Shown in pieces: positions 1 through 11,795 of a DNA stretch of 64,000 nt. The notes under the pieces were generated by a model. The model did no database searches and was not told the origin of the DNA. It saw only the letters and a program-made list of their open reading frames with translations. Source of the DNA: a candidate division WOR-3 bacterium (GTDB lineage: Bacteria > Hydrothermota > Hydrothermia > Hydrothermales > JAJRUZ01); the NCBI GenBank assembly GCA_024277525.1, contig JAJRUZ010000019.1:17-64016 (forward strand), in the 5' to 3' direction. Positions within the stretch are counted from its first letter, which is position 1; the number at the start of each line of letters is the position of its first letter. A program made the position numbers and the translations under genes.

Positions 1-390
1 CAAATATAAAATAGTTTTCTCCTTTTCTGAAAAATTTGCTGAATTTTGCAATTTTTCTTCCTGAAATATCAAAAATATCTATAAATACCCTATCATCAGA
101 AGGAAGTAAGAGATAAAGAACAGGATTACCCGAATCGTAATAAATATAGGAATTGAAAGAATAATTTGTATCAGGCAAAAGAGTATCTGTTTTATAGACT
201 GCTAAGAAATCCTCATGGGCGTAGATGAAATAGTTTTTATAAATAATAGGAAAACACCAAGAAGGCCAGATGGCATTACTTGAAGGTAAGGCGAGTTTTA
301 AAACCGGTTCTCCACTTGTTAAATTTTTTATAACATATATAAAATCCAGATTCGTAGCCCACAATATGCCAGATACAGTAAATAAAGGGT
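1..390 (-). pseudogene. Out-of-frame C-terminal continuation of the 328..1791 beta-propeller protein, ending in a T9SS/FlgD-type sorting domain; runs off the window
   Basis: After the G8 run (C8 at 391-398) an alternative frame stays open to base 1: ...WPSWCFPIIYKNYFIYAHEDFLAVYK...VFIDIFDISGRKIAKF. IFDISGRK is the typical CTD motif. Confidence 0.7.
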
Positions 391-1791
391 CCCCCCCCTA
401 CCTGCTTCTGGTCTTATCGGGGTGAAATAAAAATGAATTTTTAGTTCTCCGGTAGAAACATCTCTTGCCTGAAGATGTGTAAAAATTGTGTCCCCTGTGC
501 CGTATTCTCCATAAGAAAACCATAAATTACTTTCATAAAATCTTATAGGCATGTTAAACAAACCGGAAACTTTTTCTTTTAAATTAGGAGAACCTGAAAA
601 AACATCTATTCCGAACAAAGTATCGGTTGAGAAAAAGAATATTTTATTATCATAAATTGATAGCCAGGCGATTCCTCCCGGTGCATCAAAAAACCATATT
701 GAATCTCCTGTTATATAATTCCTCGCCTGCAAAAAACCTCCTCCTTTGTGAAAAATCACACCACTATAATAAGCAGGAACCCCTCCCCCTGAAACAGACC
801 ACAAAGAATCCCCTCTATATGTAAAAGCAAATATTTTTGACTTTCCGTAACTCGGAACATATATAAATGTGTCAACAACAATAGGCTGACTCTGAACCGA
901 TTTTAATGTCTTTGCCCATTTCAATTCTCCCGTAAAAGGGTCCAAAGCATAAAATGTTGTATCAGAATCAGGATTGAACCCTATCCATGTCCCTACAAAT
1001 AATATTGAATCTCCCTCCGATAAAACGGATGTCATCGCATTCGCCGTAAGAACCCTCTCCCAGATAATCTGTCCCGTCTCAATATCAACCGCCATTATCT
1101 TGTTCCATTCTATATGAGCCTTGGGAATAAAAAGCATATCTTGACCGGCACAACCCGATATTTCCGCTGTCCAGGATCCCGCTCCTCCCCAGTTCCATTG
1201 CCACTTATATTCCAAAGGCGGATATAAAACAAAAGGATAATATCCCGTATGCTGTGCATTATATCCGAGCATTCGCCAGCTGTATTTGTCAGGTCCTTGA
1301 TACTGCCTGATTAATGAAGGATTTATATAATAACCTTCTTTTATTTTTATTAAATTTTCACTCGCGGTTCGGAAACCGCTCCTACTGAGATTCGGGGAGC
1401 GGGAATCGGGATTCGGGTTTCGGGATGAAGATTTTTTAAAATCAAAAGGTATTAATTCCTTTCCCGATATAAAATATTCTTTCACTTTCGCGGTTCGGAA
1501 ACCGCTCCTACCATAATAAACCCTTAATTTCAAATTCGCATTTTTCCTCCATTTATCCTTTGTCACCCATAAAATCGTGTCTTTTAAAAATTTTCGCGGT
1601 TCGGAAACCGCTCCTACATCTGAATAAATATTTCTGTGAAAACCTACAGGATAATCCTTTCCCTTATAATTATAAATCAATTCTATCTTTTGGACCCCTT
1701 TTCTTAAATAATACTCCACCATAATTGATGATGAATCCTTTGAAATATAACCTTTTACATAATAAGCAAAAAGAAAAACAAAAAATTTCAT
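328..1791 (-). CDS. Secreted PQQ-like (BamB-type) beta-propeller repeat protein, frameshifted near its 3' end
   Basis: WRMLGYNAQHTG start motif and repeats AVDIETGQIIW, ALDPFTGELKW, ARNYITGDSIW; short hydrophobic N-terminus. Confidence 0.8.
   Translation of the reverse strand: MKFFVFLFAYYVKGYISKDSSSIMVEYYLRKGVQKIELIYNYKGKDYPVGFHRNIYSDVGAVSEPRKFLKDTILWVTKDKWRKNANLKLRVYYGRSGFRTAKVKEYFISGKELIPFDFKKSSSRNPNPDSRSPNLSRSGFRTASENLIKIKEGYYINPSLIRQYQGPDKYSWRMLGYNAQHTGYYPFVLYPPLEYKWQWNWGGAGSWTAEISGCAGQDMLFIPKAHIEWNKIMAVDIETGQIIWERVLTANAMTSVLSEGDSILFVGTWIGFNPDSDTTFYALDPFTGELKWAKTLKSVQSQPIVVDTFIYVPSYGKSKIFAFTYRGDSLWSVSGGGVPAYYSGVIFHKGGGFLQARNYITGDSIWFFDAPGGIAWLSIYDNKIFFFSTDTLFGIDVFSGSPNLKEKVSGLFNMPIRFYESNLWFSYGEYGTGDTIFTHLQARDVSTGELKIHFYFTPIRPEAGRGGTLYLLYLAYCGLRIWILYML
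1362..1385 (-). repeat. GTAG-type REP palindrome, copy 1 (intragenic)
   Basis: GTAGGAGCGGTTTCCGAACCGCGA; GCGGTT/AACCGC stem with a 5' GTAG. Confidence 0.8.
1393..1426 (+). repeat. Degenerate 7-nt tandem repeat (CGGGNNN x5)
   Basis: CGGGGAG CGGGAAT CGGGATT CGGGTTT CGGGAT, between REP copies 1 and 2. Confidence 0.6.
1488..1511 (-). repeat. GTAG-type REP palindrome, copy 2 (intragenic)
   Basis: Identical 24-mer to copy 1. Confidence 0.8.
1594..1617 (-). repeat. GTAG-type REP palindrome, copy 3 (intragenic)
   Basis: Identical 24-mer, translated in a different frame (VGAVSEPR). Confidence 0.8.
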
Positions 1792-1797
1792 ATTTTT

Positions 1798-1826
1798 ATT
1801 ATAATTATTTCTGAAATCAGAATCAA
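1798..1826 (-). promoter_or_regulatory. Sigma70-type promoter, probably giving a leaderless mRNA
   Basis: TTGATT-N17-TATAAT, 6 nt before the ATG at 1791. Confidence 0.6.
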
Positions 1827-1921
1827 AAAATAATAATTTAAACCCTTCATTTAATTTAATAAAATATACTTCTCATTTCGACGATAACTTTCTGACTTCA
1901 ATGGCAAACATGAGTTATTCT

Positions 1922-2650
1922 TTATTTTTGGTATGCTCTTTTCATTAAAATCTCTACATATTCTTTTACAATATTCTGAATTCCGGCTAATACACTGTCC
2001 GCAATGATTGCAAAACCGATGGATACTTCTTCAATTTCCTCAATTTCAAGCAGAGGAATTATATTTTGTCTTGTCAATCCGTGCCCTGCTCTTACTTTTA
2101 AACCTAAGGAACTTGCAAATTTTGCTGCACTTTTTAATCTTTTAATTTCCTTCTCTCTTTTTTTTCCTTTTGAAATTACATAAGAATTCGTGTTTAATTC
2201 AACAGCATCAGCACCTATTTGTTTTGCAATTTTTATCATCTCGTTATCGGGCTCTATAAATATACTGACCTTGATTCCTTTTTTCTTTAATTTTTTAATC
2301 GCTTTTTCCGCATCTTCTTTTGTCTTTACAAGATCAAGCCCTCCCTCGGTTGTAACCTCTCCCTCCCTTTCCGGCACGAGTGTTACCCAATCCGGTTTTA
2401 CTTTACACGCAAAATCAACAAATTCCGTACACATTTCAAGATTTAACTCTCCTGTTATATGTTTTTTTAATTTTTTTACATCTTCTTCCTTTATATGTCT
2501 TCTATCAAGTCTTATATGACAAGTAATACCCGAAGCACCTGCCTGTTCCGCCAAAATTGCAGCAACAAGAGGATCAGGAAATTTCTCCTTCCTTGCTTCT
2601 CTTAAAGTTGCAATATGATCAACATTTACACTTAATCTGATCGGTTTCAT
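1922..2650 (-). CDS. pdxJ: Pyridoxine 5'-phosphate synthase
   Basis: LSVNVDHIATLREAR, HIRLDRRHI, TTEGGLD and AGHGL motifs. Confidence 0.95.
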   Translation of the reverse strand: MKPIRLSVNVDHIATLREARKEKFPDPLVAAILAEQAGASGITCHIRLDRRHIKEEDVKKLKKHITGELNLEMCTEFVDFACKVKPDWVTLVPEREGEVTTEGGLDLVKTKEDAEKAIKKLKKKGIKVSIFIEPDNEMIKIAKQIGADAVELNTNSYVISKGKKREKEIKRLKSAAKFASSLGLKVRAGHGLTRQNIIPLLEIEEIEEVSIGFAIIADSVLAGIQNIVKEYVEILMKRAYQK

Positions 2651-3042
2651 ATTTCCATTATAGGTTTGAAAATTTCAAATATTTTTCTCGTTTTTTTTAA
2701 TGAATTTTCCGCGGTCTCACAATCATAAACTTTTTCACCGTAAAAAGCAGGAAGTCTTTTTTCGGATAAATACCTTGAAACAAAAATAACTTCTTCAATT
2801 TTTTCTTTATCCATAAGAATTTTCTTTTCCTTTAAAATCTTTCCGACTAAACTTCCCACATCATGAACTTTCGGAAAATCAATCCCTAAGGATTTCAGAA
2901 AAGCTTTATATAACAACTCAATTGCCTCCTGACATCTCCTTATAGTGGAATTCCACTTTTTATTTCTAAATGAATACTCTGCCAGTTCAAGATGCCATTT
3001 TGCCTCCTCATAAAGAAGTCTGGATTGTTCTTTATTTTTCAT
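2647..3042 (-). CDS. HEPN domain protein (toxin partner of an MNT-HEPN pair)
   Basis: CQEAIELLYKA...PKVHDV HEPN signature; adjacent to an MNT gene. Confidence 0.85.
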   Translation of the reverse strand: MKNKEQSRLLYEEAKWHLELAEYSFRNKKWNSTIRRCQEAIELLYKAFLKSLGIDFPKVHDVGSLVGKILKEKKILMDKEKIEEVIFVSRYLSEKRLPAFYGEKVYDCETAENSLKKTRKIFEIFKPIMEI

Positions 3043-3551
3043 ATCCTTATTTCCAATTCTTCTCCCGGCTTTAAATCCGGCTTTAAAATCCAGTAATACC
3101 CATGTTCATTTATGTATTCTTTTCTGGTTCCATGACTCTTCATCCATCTTTTAAAGTCATTTATGATTTTTTCCAATTTACCTTCTTTATCAAAAATAAT
3201 GATTCCTTGCTCCTGAATATCAAGTAATATAACAGGATTTTCTCTCAGTTCCTTTTCTTTATAATATAGAGACATCGGAGTATAAGGAAGATTTCTTCTC
3301 ATAAATTCTTCATGGTCAATTTTTTGAATATAATCTTTAAATCTTTTTGCCATTTCTTCTATCGGGTCATGCTCATAGGAATCATCCAGCAGAACCAGAA
3401 AATCAATGTCACTATCCTTTGTTGCCTTTCCTTTTGCAACAGAACCAAATATTAACACTCCCGATAATTTATCCCCGAAACATTTTTTTAATATATCGAG
3501 ATAACTTCTGATTGCTTTTTCTAACAACTCAGGAAATCTTTTTCTGAGCAT
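3039..3551 (-). CDS. Minimal nucleotidyltransferase (MNT antitoxin)
   Basis: FGSVAKG...SDIDFLV (GS..DxD) motif; C-terminal [12 protein letters not shown] tail. Confidence 0.88.
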   Translation of the reverse strand: MLRKRFPELLEKAIRSYLDILKKCFGDKLSGVLIFGSVAKGKATKDSDIDFLVLLDDSYEHDPIEEMAKRFKDYIQKIDHEEFMRRNLPYTPMSLYYKEKELRENPVILLDIQEQGIIIFDKEGKLEKIINDFKRWMKSHGTRKEYINEHGYYWILKPDLKPGEELEIRI

Positions 3552-5781
3552 CCCTCACCACTATTGCTGTCATGTTTACAATATCCTGTACATCATCGCC
3601 TTTTTGCAGAACATGAACAGCCATCTTTGTTCCTAAGAGAATGGGACCTATTACCTGAGCATTCCCTAAGCGTTGCAATATTTTATATGAAATGTTTGCT
3701 GCGTCAAGATTCGGGAAAATTAAAACATTTGCCCTCTCTTTTAATTCGGAGAAGGGATAAAATTCTTTGATTATCTGCGGAACAAGGGCGGTATCCGCCT
3801 GCATTTCACCATCAGCAATAACATTCGGTGCCTTCTGTTTAAATATCCGAACAGCCTTTCTTATTTTTTCCGTTTCTTTTGATTTTACACTTCCGAAATT
3901 TGAAAAGGATAAAAATGCAACCTTGGGTGTGATTCCCATTTCTTTTGCTAAATTTGCAGCAAGTAACGCAATTTCGGCAAGGGTTTCGGAATCAGGATTT
4001 ATATTTATTGTGGCATCCGCAAAAAAGAAAACCTCATCTTCAACAATCACAATGTAAAGACCCGCTGCATGAGATACATTTTCTTTTGTCTTTATTATCT
4101 GTAATACAGGTCTCACTGCATCAGCATAATCAAGTGTTAAACCTGTCAAAAGTCCATCAGCATCTCCTTCATGAACCATCATGCTTCCGAAAACAGTAGG
4201 ATTTGTAAGCATGTAGTATGCCCATTGTCTCGTTATTCCCTTTCTTTGCCTCATATTGAAAAGTTTTTCCGCATAAATCTCCCTTTTCGGTGAAATCACA
4301 GGATCAACTATTTCGTATTCAAATGATAGTTTTAACCTCTCGATTTTTTGCTTAATTATATCTTCTCTTCCGAGTAACACAACCCTTGCAATTCCTTCAT
4401 TTGCAACAATGTTTGCAGCCCTTATGATTTTTTCATGTTCTCCCTCCGCATATACAATTTTCATGGGTTTCCTTTTCGCTTCCTGAATAACAATGTGCAT
4501 AACCCTTCCGCCTTTGAGTGCCTTGGCTTTCAATCTTTCTTTGTATTCCTCTATATCAATCTTTACCCTTGCAACTCCTGTCTCAATTGCCGCCTTAGCA
4601 ACCGCAGGAGCTTCCCAGAAAACAACCCTGGGATCAAGTGGTTTCGGAATTATGTAATCCGGTCCGAATTCAATCCTGTCCACTCCGTATGCTCTTGCAA
4701 CGGAATCAGGAACATCTTCCCTTGCAAGTGCTGCAAGAGCTTTTGCTGCTGCAAGTTTCATTTCATCATTGATTTTTCTCGCCCTTACATCAAGAGCACC
4801 CCTGAAAATAAAGGGAAATCCCAGAACATTATTCACCTGATTCGGGTAATCACTTCTTCCTGTTGCAACTATTGCATCGGGTCGTGCGGATTTTGCATCT
4901 TCATAAGGAATTTCGGGATCAGGATTCGCCATTGCAAATATTATGGGTTTGTCAGCCATTCTCTTAACCATTTCTTTTGTTACCACATTTCCTATGGATA
5001 GACCTACAAAAACATCTGCACCCTCAAGTGCTTCTGCAAGTGTTCTCTTATCTGTCTCAACCGCAAATTCTTCTTTAAACCTGTTCATACCTTCCTTTCT
5101 ACCCTTATAAATGACTCCTCTGGAATCACACATTATCAAATTTTCCTTTTTTACCCCGAGTAATAAATAAAATCTTGCACACGCAATAGCAGATGCACCC
5201 GCACCGTTAAATACCACTTTGACCTCGTCAATCTTTTTACCGACAAGTTCAAGTGCATTTAAAAGCCCTGCTCCTGAAATTATCGCTGTGCCGTGCTGAT
5301 CATCATGAAATACCGGAATATCAAGTTCTTCTTTTAATCTTTCTTCAATTTCAAAGCATTCGGGAGCCTTAATATCCTCAAGATTTATTCCGCCGAAAGT
5401 GGGAGAAATCAATTTGACGGTCTTAATAAATTCTTCAATATCCTCGGTGTCTATCTCAATATCAATTGCATCAACATCTGCAAATCTTTTGAAAAGAACA
5501 CATTTTCCCTCCATAACCGGCTTTCCAGCAAGTGCTCCTATATTTCCAAGTCCGAGAACAGCAGTTCCGTTTGAAATAACAGCAACCAAGTTCCCTTTTG
5601 CTGTATATTCAAAAACAGTTAAAGGATCTTTTGCTATCTCCCTGCACGGTTCCGCAACTCCGGGTGTATAAGCAAGGGATAAATCTCTCTGTGTCTCACA
5701 AGGCTTTGTTAATTTGATCTCTATTTTTCCTTTCCTTCCTTTGGAATGATAATCAAGGGCTTCTTCACGTGTTATTTTCAT
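3529..5781 (-). CDS. maeB: NADP-dependent malic enzyme with C-terminal phosphotransacetylase-like domain
   Basis: [31 protein letters not shown]; PTA domain with DGEMQAD; 750 aa. Confidence 0.95.
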   Translation of the reverse strand: MKITREEALDYHSKGRKGKIEIKLTKPCETQRDLSLAYTPGVAEPCREIAKDPLTVFEYTAKGNLVAVISNGTAVLGLGNIGALAGKPVMEGKCVLFKRFADVDAIDIEIDTEDIEEFIKTVKLISPTFGGINLEDIKAPECFEIEERLKEELDIPVFHDDQHGTAIISGAGLLNALELVGKKIDEVKVVFNGAGASAIACARFYLLLGVKKENLIMCDSRGVIYKGRKEGMNRFKEEFAVETDKRTLAEALEGADVFVGLSIGNVVTKEMVKRMADKPIIFAMANPDPEIPYEDAKSARPDAIVATGRSDYPNQVNNVLGFPFIFRGALDVRARKINDEMKLAAAKALAALAREDVPDSVARAYGVDRIEFGPDYIIPKPLDPRVVFWEAPAVAKAAIETGVARVKIDIEEYKERLKAKALKGGRVMHIVIQEAKRKPMKIVYAEGEHEKIIRAANIVANEGIARVVLLGREDIIKQKIERLKLSFEYEIVDPVISPKREIYAEKLFNMRQRKGITRQWAYYMLTNPTVFGSMMVHEGDADGLLTGLTLDYADAVRPVLQIIKTKENVSHAAGLYIVIVEDEVFFFADATININPDSETLAEIALLAANLAKEMGITPKVAFLSFSNFGSVKSKETEKIRKAVRIFKQKAPNVIADGEMQADTALVPQIIKEFYPFSELKERANVLIFPNLDAANISYKILQRLGNAQVIGPILLGTKMAVHVLQKGDDVQDIVNMTAIVVRDAQKKIS

Positions 5782-5808
5782 AATTAAATCTCCTTTTAAA
5801 AATATTCC

Positions 5809-5821
5809 GGGATTTCAACCC
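5809..5821 (-). promoter_or_regulatory. T-arm-like leader hairpin upstream of maeB
   Basis: GGG-TTGAAAT-CCC, 27 nt before the ATG. Confidence 0.5.
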
Positions 5822-5823
5822 TT

Positions 5824-6231
5824 TCAGTGCCCTCCTTTTCGCCTTTTCTCATTATATTTAAAATCAAGATAATTTTGCAATAAGTAAGCAGCAGATATTG
5901 CATGAATATTCTCTTTTTTGTGCCTTTCCGCCAGTTTTGAAGTAAATCTTTCATCCCAATAAATTACTTTTATTTTAAATTTTTTTTCAATTTCTCTCCC
6001 TTTTTTTCTTATTTTTTGCGATAACTCAAGCCTTTTTCCGGAAAGGGAAAGAGGCTCACCCATCACAATTTGATAAGGATTATATTCATCAATTATTTTT
6101 TCCAATGTCTCAAAAAAATTACCCTTTTTTAAATCAATTTGAAAGAGCGGAGAAGCAATTAATTCTTTCTCATCCGAAATTGCAAATCCTATGTACCTTT
6201 CACCGTAATCTATACCCAAAATTCTCGACAT
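5824..6231 (-). CDS. ruvX: Putative pre-16S rRNA nuclease / Holliday junction resolvase RuvX (YqgF)
   Basis: ILGIDYGERYIGFAISD and WDERFTS motifs. Confidence 0.9.
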   Translation of the reverse strand: MSRILGIDYGERYIGFAISDEKELIASPLFQIDLKKGNFFETLEKIIDEYNPYQIVMGEPLSLSGKRLELSQKIRKKGREIEKKFKIKVIYWDERFTSKLAERHKKENIHAISAAYLLQNYLDFKYNEKRRKGGH

Positions 6232-8441
<2,210 letters not shown>

Positions 8442-8459
8442 TCATTTTTTTTAAAAGCC

Positions 8460-8472
8460 GGGGGTAGAACCC
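8460..8472 (-). promoter_or_regulatory. T-arm-like leader hairpin upstream of cysC
   Basis: GGG-TTCTACC-CCC, 21 nt before the GTG; no SD. Confidence 0.5.
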
Positions 8473-8512
8473 TTCAAAATTTCCCTCGTACACAATGAGA
8501 TTTTTAAAAACC

Positions 8513-8541
8513 TTGACAAATTCGGTAATATATTATATAAT
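8513..8541 (+). promoter_or_regulatory. Consensus sigma70 promoter of fbp-ptsH-ptsI
   Basis: TTGACA-N17-TATAAT. Confidence 0.8.
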
Positions 8542-8567
8542 AAAAATTACAAAAAATCAAAACAGGA

Positions 8568-8580
8568 GGGTTCGATTCCC
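8568..8580 (+). promoter_or_regulatory. T-arm-like leader hairpin upstream of fbp
   Basis: GGG-TTCGATT-CCC (exact tRNA T-loop), downstream of the promoter and 27 nt before the ATG. Confidence 0.6.
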
Positions 8581-8607
8581 GATAAAAGAACATTTAAGGA
8601 GGCATTC

Positions 8608-9702
8608 ATGAAAACAACCATAAGTGTTATAAAGGCGGATATCGGTGGGTATGTCGGGCATTCGGGTATGCACCCCGCTTTAATGGCATTGGCGGAGGAT
8701 GAATTGGAGGAAGCGAAGAAGCAGGGAAAAATAATAGATTTTTTTGTTGCACACGCAGGAGATGACCTTGAGTTGATAATGACACATACAAAAGGAGTGG
8801 ATAATGCAGAGATTCATGAACTCGCATGGAATATATTTAAAAAAGGAGCAGATAAGGCAAAAGAGATGGGTTTATACGGAGCGGGTCAGGATATTTTATC
8901 CGATGCTTTTTCCGGAAATGTGAAGGGTATGGGACCCGGAGTAGCAGAGATGGAGATAGAGGAGAGACCTTCCGAGCCTATTGTTGTTTTCATGGCGGAT
9001 AAAACATCACCCGGAGCATGGAATTATCCTTTATTTAAGATTTTCGGAGACCCTTTTAATACAGCGGGTCTAATAATAGACCCCAAATTGCATGATGGTT
9101 TCATTTTTGAAGTTTTGGATATGAAGGAAGGAAAGGCGATAAAAATGAGGTGTCCCGAGGAAATGTATGACTTGCTTGCTTTAATCGGAGCTGTTGAACA
9201 TTATGCTATTAAAAATGTTTACAGAAAAGATGGGATAATAGCAGCAACCGCATCAACCCAGCGTCTTTCTTATATTGCGGGGAAATATGTAGGAAAAGAT
9301 GACCCTGTAATGATTGTGAGGGCTCAGAGTGGATTTCCCGCTGTGGGTGAGATTCTTGAAGCATTTTCACTTGCCCATATGGTGGCGGGATGGATGAGGG
9401 GTTCACACTGGGGACCCTTAATGCCTGTTTCAATGAAGGATGCCAACTGTACAAGATTTGATGGACCACCAAGGGTTGTAGCATTGGGATTTCAAGTAAA
9501 AGACGGAAAGCTTATAGGACCCAAGGACATGTTTGATGACCCTGCTTTTGATCTGACAAGAAAAAGGGCTCAGGATATAACCGATTATATAAGAAGAATG
9601 GGACCGTTTGAACCCCATCGTCTCGGTCTCGAGGAAATGGAATATACAACACTACCCTCTGTTCTTGAAAAATTAAAGGACAGGTTCTTCAAGGTTGATT
9701 GA
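8608..9702 (+). CDS. fbp: Bifunctional fructose-1,6-bisphosphate aldolase/phosphatase (class V)
   Basis: SVIKADIGG, GLYGAGQD, YVGKDDP, GWMRGSH, EMEYTTLP. Confidence 0.95.
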   Translation: MKTTISVIKADIGGYVGHSGMHPALMALAEDELEEAKKQGKIIDFFVAHAGDDLELIMTHTKGVDNAEIHELAWNIFKKGADKAKEMGLYGAGQDILSDAFSGNVKGMGPGVAEMEIEERPSEPIVVFMADKTSPGAWNYPLFKIFGDPFNTAGLIIDPKLHDGFIFEVLDMKEGKAIKMRCPEEMYDLLALIGAVEHYAIKNVYRKDGIIAATASTQRLSYIAGKYVGKDDPVMIVRAQSGFPAVGEILEAFSLAHMVAGWMRGSHWGPLMPVSMKDANCTRFDGPPRVVALGFQVKDGKLIGPKDMFDDPAFDLTRKRAQDITDYIRRMGPFEPHRLGLEEMEYTTLPSVLEKLKDRFFKVD

Positions 9703-9961
9703 AAAAGAAGTAATAGTTCCGAATACCCTCGGAATCCATGCAAGACCTGCGACACAATTTGTTAAGATTGCTTCACAGTTTAAATGTGATGTCAAGGTGA
9801 TAAAAGACGGGGTTGAGGCAAACGGAAAAAGTATCATGAATCTTTTAATCTTGACAGCAACAAAAGGAAGCAGAATAATAATAAGATGTGATGGACCCGA
9901 TGAAAAAGAAGCACTTGAGAAACTTGTAAAACTTGTGGAGGACGGTTTCGGTGAAAAATAA
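9695..9961 (+). CDS. ptsH: Phosphocarrier protein HPr
   Basis: GIHARPA (His15) and GKSIMNL (Ser46). Confidence 0.93.
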   Translation: MIEKEVIVPNTLGIHARPATQFVKIASQFKCDVKVIKDGVEANGKSIMNLLILTATKGSRIIIRCDGPDEKEALEKLVKLVEDGFGEK

Positions 9962-11690
9962 AATAAAAGGATCTTTGAAACAGATTTTTCAAGGCTTACC
10001 CGCATCAAAGGGAGTTATTATAGGAAAAGTTAAAAAATATGATTTCGGTTCATTCACTTATTCTAAAAAAGAAGCGGAGAATAAAAGGGAAGAGCTTTTG
10101 AAATTTGAAAGGGCAAAGAAAAAAGTAATAAGGGAATTGGAATCTGTAATTGAGCATTTCAGGGGAGGATACAGGAAAATAATTGAAAGTGAAATTCTTA
10201 TAATAAATGACCCTGTAATTGAGGAAGAAGTAAGAAGGTTAATTGAGGAGGGTTCCACCGCGGAATATTCTTTTATTGAGTCAATGAGAAAATATATAAA
10301 AAAGATGGAAGAAAGCGACAGTACGGTTTTCAGGGAAAGAGCGAGGGAAATAAATCATCTTGTAAGAAAAATAATCGAGATTTTGCAGGGAAGACCGAGT
10401 CTTGTTGATATAAAAGAGGGAACGGTCGTAGTATCTGCGGATATAGCTCCGATTGATGTGTTCTCGATTTCACAGTTGAACAATGTAGGTATTGTGATTG
10501 AACACGGTGGTCCTACTTCTCATTCTGTGATCATAGCCAGGAACTTGAAAGTTCCGATGGTATGTGCGGTCAGAGGGTTAATGGATAAGGTAAATGACGG
10601 TGATGAAATTATTATAGACGGATGGGCGGGCAAGGTTATAATTAATCCTTCGGAGGAGACAAAAAGGGAATTCGAAAGAAAACCGCTTTTATATACCGAG
10701 GCAATTAAAAAGATTATAAAAGGACCTAAAAAAGGGAAAGGTAAAGAGAGGAAAAGGGTTACAATAATGGGAAACATCGCGGGAATAGAGGAAGTAGAAG
10801 AGGTAGTCAAAAACGGAGCAATGGGAGTGGGTCTTTTCAGGACAGAACTTTTGATGTGGGACCCTGCCATTTGGAAAGATGAAGAAACACTTGCAGGAGT
10901 GTTTGAAAAGGGATCAAAAGCAGTATTTCCTGATCCTTTGATTGTAAGGTTAATAGATATTGCGGGTGAGCCGGCGATTCCCGGATTCAGGGAAAGCAAC
11001 CCTTTTCTCGGAATGCGGGGAATAAGGTTTCTACTTTTTGAAAAAGAAATTTTGAAGATGATGTACAGGGCAATCCTCAGAGCATCAAATTTAGGAAATA
11101 TAAGAATCCTTCTTCCCATGGTAACCACATTAAAGGAGGTAGAAGAAGCAAAAAGGATACTTGAAAAAGCAAAAAGGGAACTAACAAGGGAGGATATTCC
11201 TTATGATAATTACATCCCCATCGGGATAATGATTGAAACTCCTGCTGCTGCTCTCATGACCAAAGAATTTACCTCATCGGTTGATTTTTTCTCAATAGGG
11301 ACAAATGATTTGACTCAGTATACCCTTGCTGTTGATAGGTCACATCCTATTCTTGCTCCACTTTACAGTGAATTCCACCCTTCTGTTTTAAATCTGATTC
11401 ACCATGTAGTTAAAAGTGCACATCCTTACAGAAGAAAAGTTGCAGTATGCGGTGAAATGGCTGCTGATCCTCTGGGAGCATTGATTTTAATGGGACTGGG
11501 TGTTGACGAACTTTCCGTTCATACCGATGCCATTAAACTTTTATACGGAATTTTCAGATGGGTTGAATATAAAAAAGTTAAAGAATTTGCGAGAAAAACA
11601 CTTGAAATGCCTGATGCAAAAACTGTTAAAGAAAAAACAATAGAGTTCATACGGAAAAATATCCCTCCTCTGGCTGTTTTTTATGAATAA
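9933..11690 (+). CDS. ptsI: PEP-protein phosphotransferase, enzyme I (true start possibly GTG at 9951)
   Basis: GGPTSHS phospho-His, GLFRTE, NPFLGMRGIR, SIGTNDLTQY, CGEMA. Confidence 0.93.
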   Translation: MWRTVSVKNKIKGSLKQIFQGLPASKGVIIGKVKKYDFGSFTYSKKEAENKREELLKFERAKKKVIRELESVIEHFRGGYRKIIESEILIINDPVIEEEVRRLIEEGSTAEYSFIESMRKYIKKMEESDSTVFRERAREINHLVRKIIEILQGRPSLVDIKEGTVVVSADIAPIDVFSISQLNNVGIVIEHGGPTSHSVIIARNLKVPMVCAVRGLMDKVNDGDEIIIDGWAGKVIINPSEETKREFERKPLLYTEAIKKIIKGPKKGKGKERKRVTIMGNIAGIEEVEEVVKNGAMGVGLFRTELLMWDPAIWKDEETLAGVFEKGSKAVFPDPLIVRLIDIAGEPAIPGFRESNPFLGMRGIRFLLFEKEILKMMYRAILRASNLGNIRILLPMVTTLKEVEEAKRILEKAKRELTREDIPYDNYIPIGIMIETPAAALMTKEFTSSVDFFSIGTNDLTQYTLAVDRSHPILAPLYSEFHPSVLNLIHHVVKSAHPYRRKVAVCGEMAADPLGALILMGLGVDELSVHTDAIKLLYGIFRWVEYKKVKEFARKTLEMPDAKTVKEKTIEFIRKNIPPLAVFYE

Positions 11691-11795
11691 CACAAATAAT
11701 TCACGATTTATGAAATTGATCTTATAATCACTCTTCCTCCCTTTCAGCGAAACATATGAGAGGAAGTCTCTTGAATCACTTTCCCTAAGGCATTT

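Noticed and set aside
909-922. T-loop-like GGGTTCAATCCTG on the minus strand
   Set aside because: Mid-gene, imperfect stem and no nearby start codon; counted as background.
1362-1617. CRISPR array (three identical 24-mers)
   Set aside because: Spacers of 102 and 82 nt are too long and unequal, the repeats lie in an open reading frame, no cas genes are present, and the GTAG-hairpin form fits REPs.
8540-8600. tRNA gene suggested by GGTTCGATTCCC
   Set aside because: No acceptor stem, D-arm, anticodon arm or CCA around it. The same applies to the other T-loop motifs, so they are treated as leader elements.
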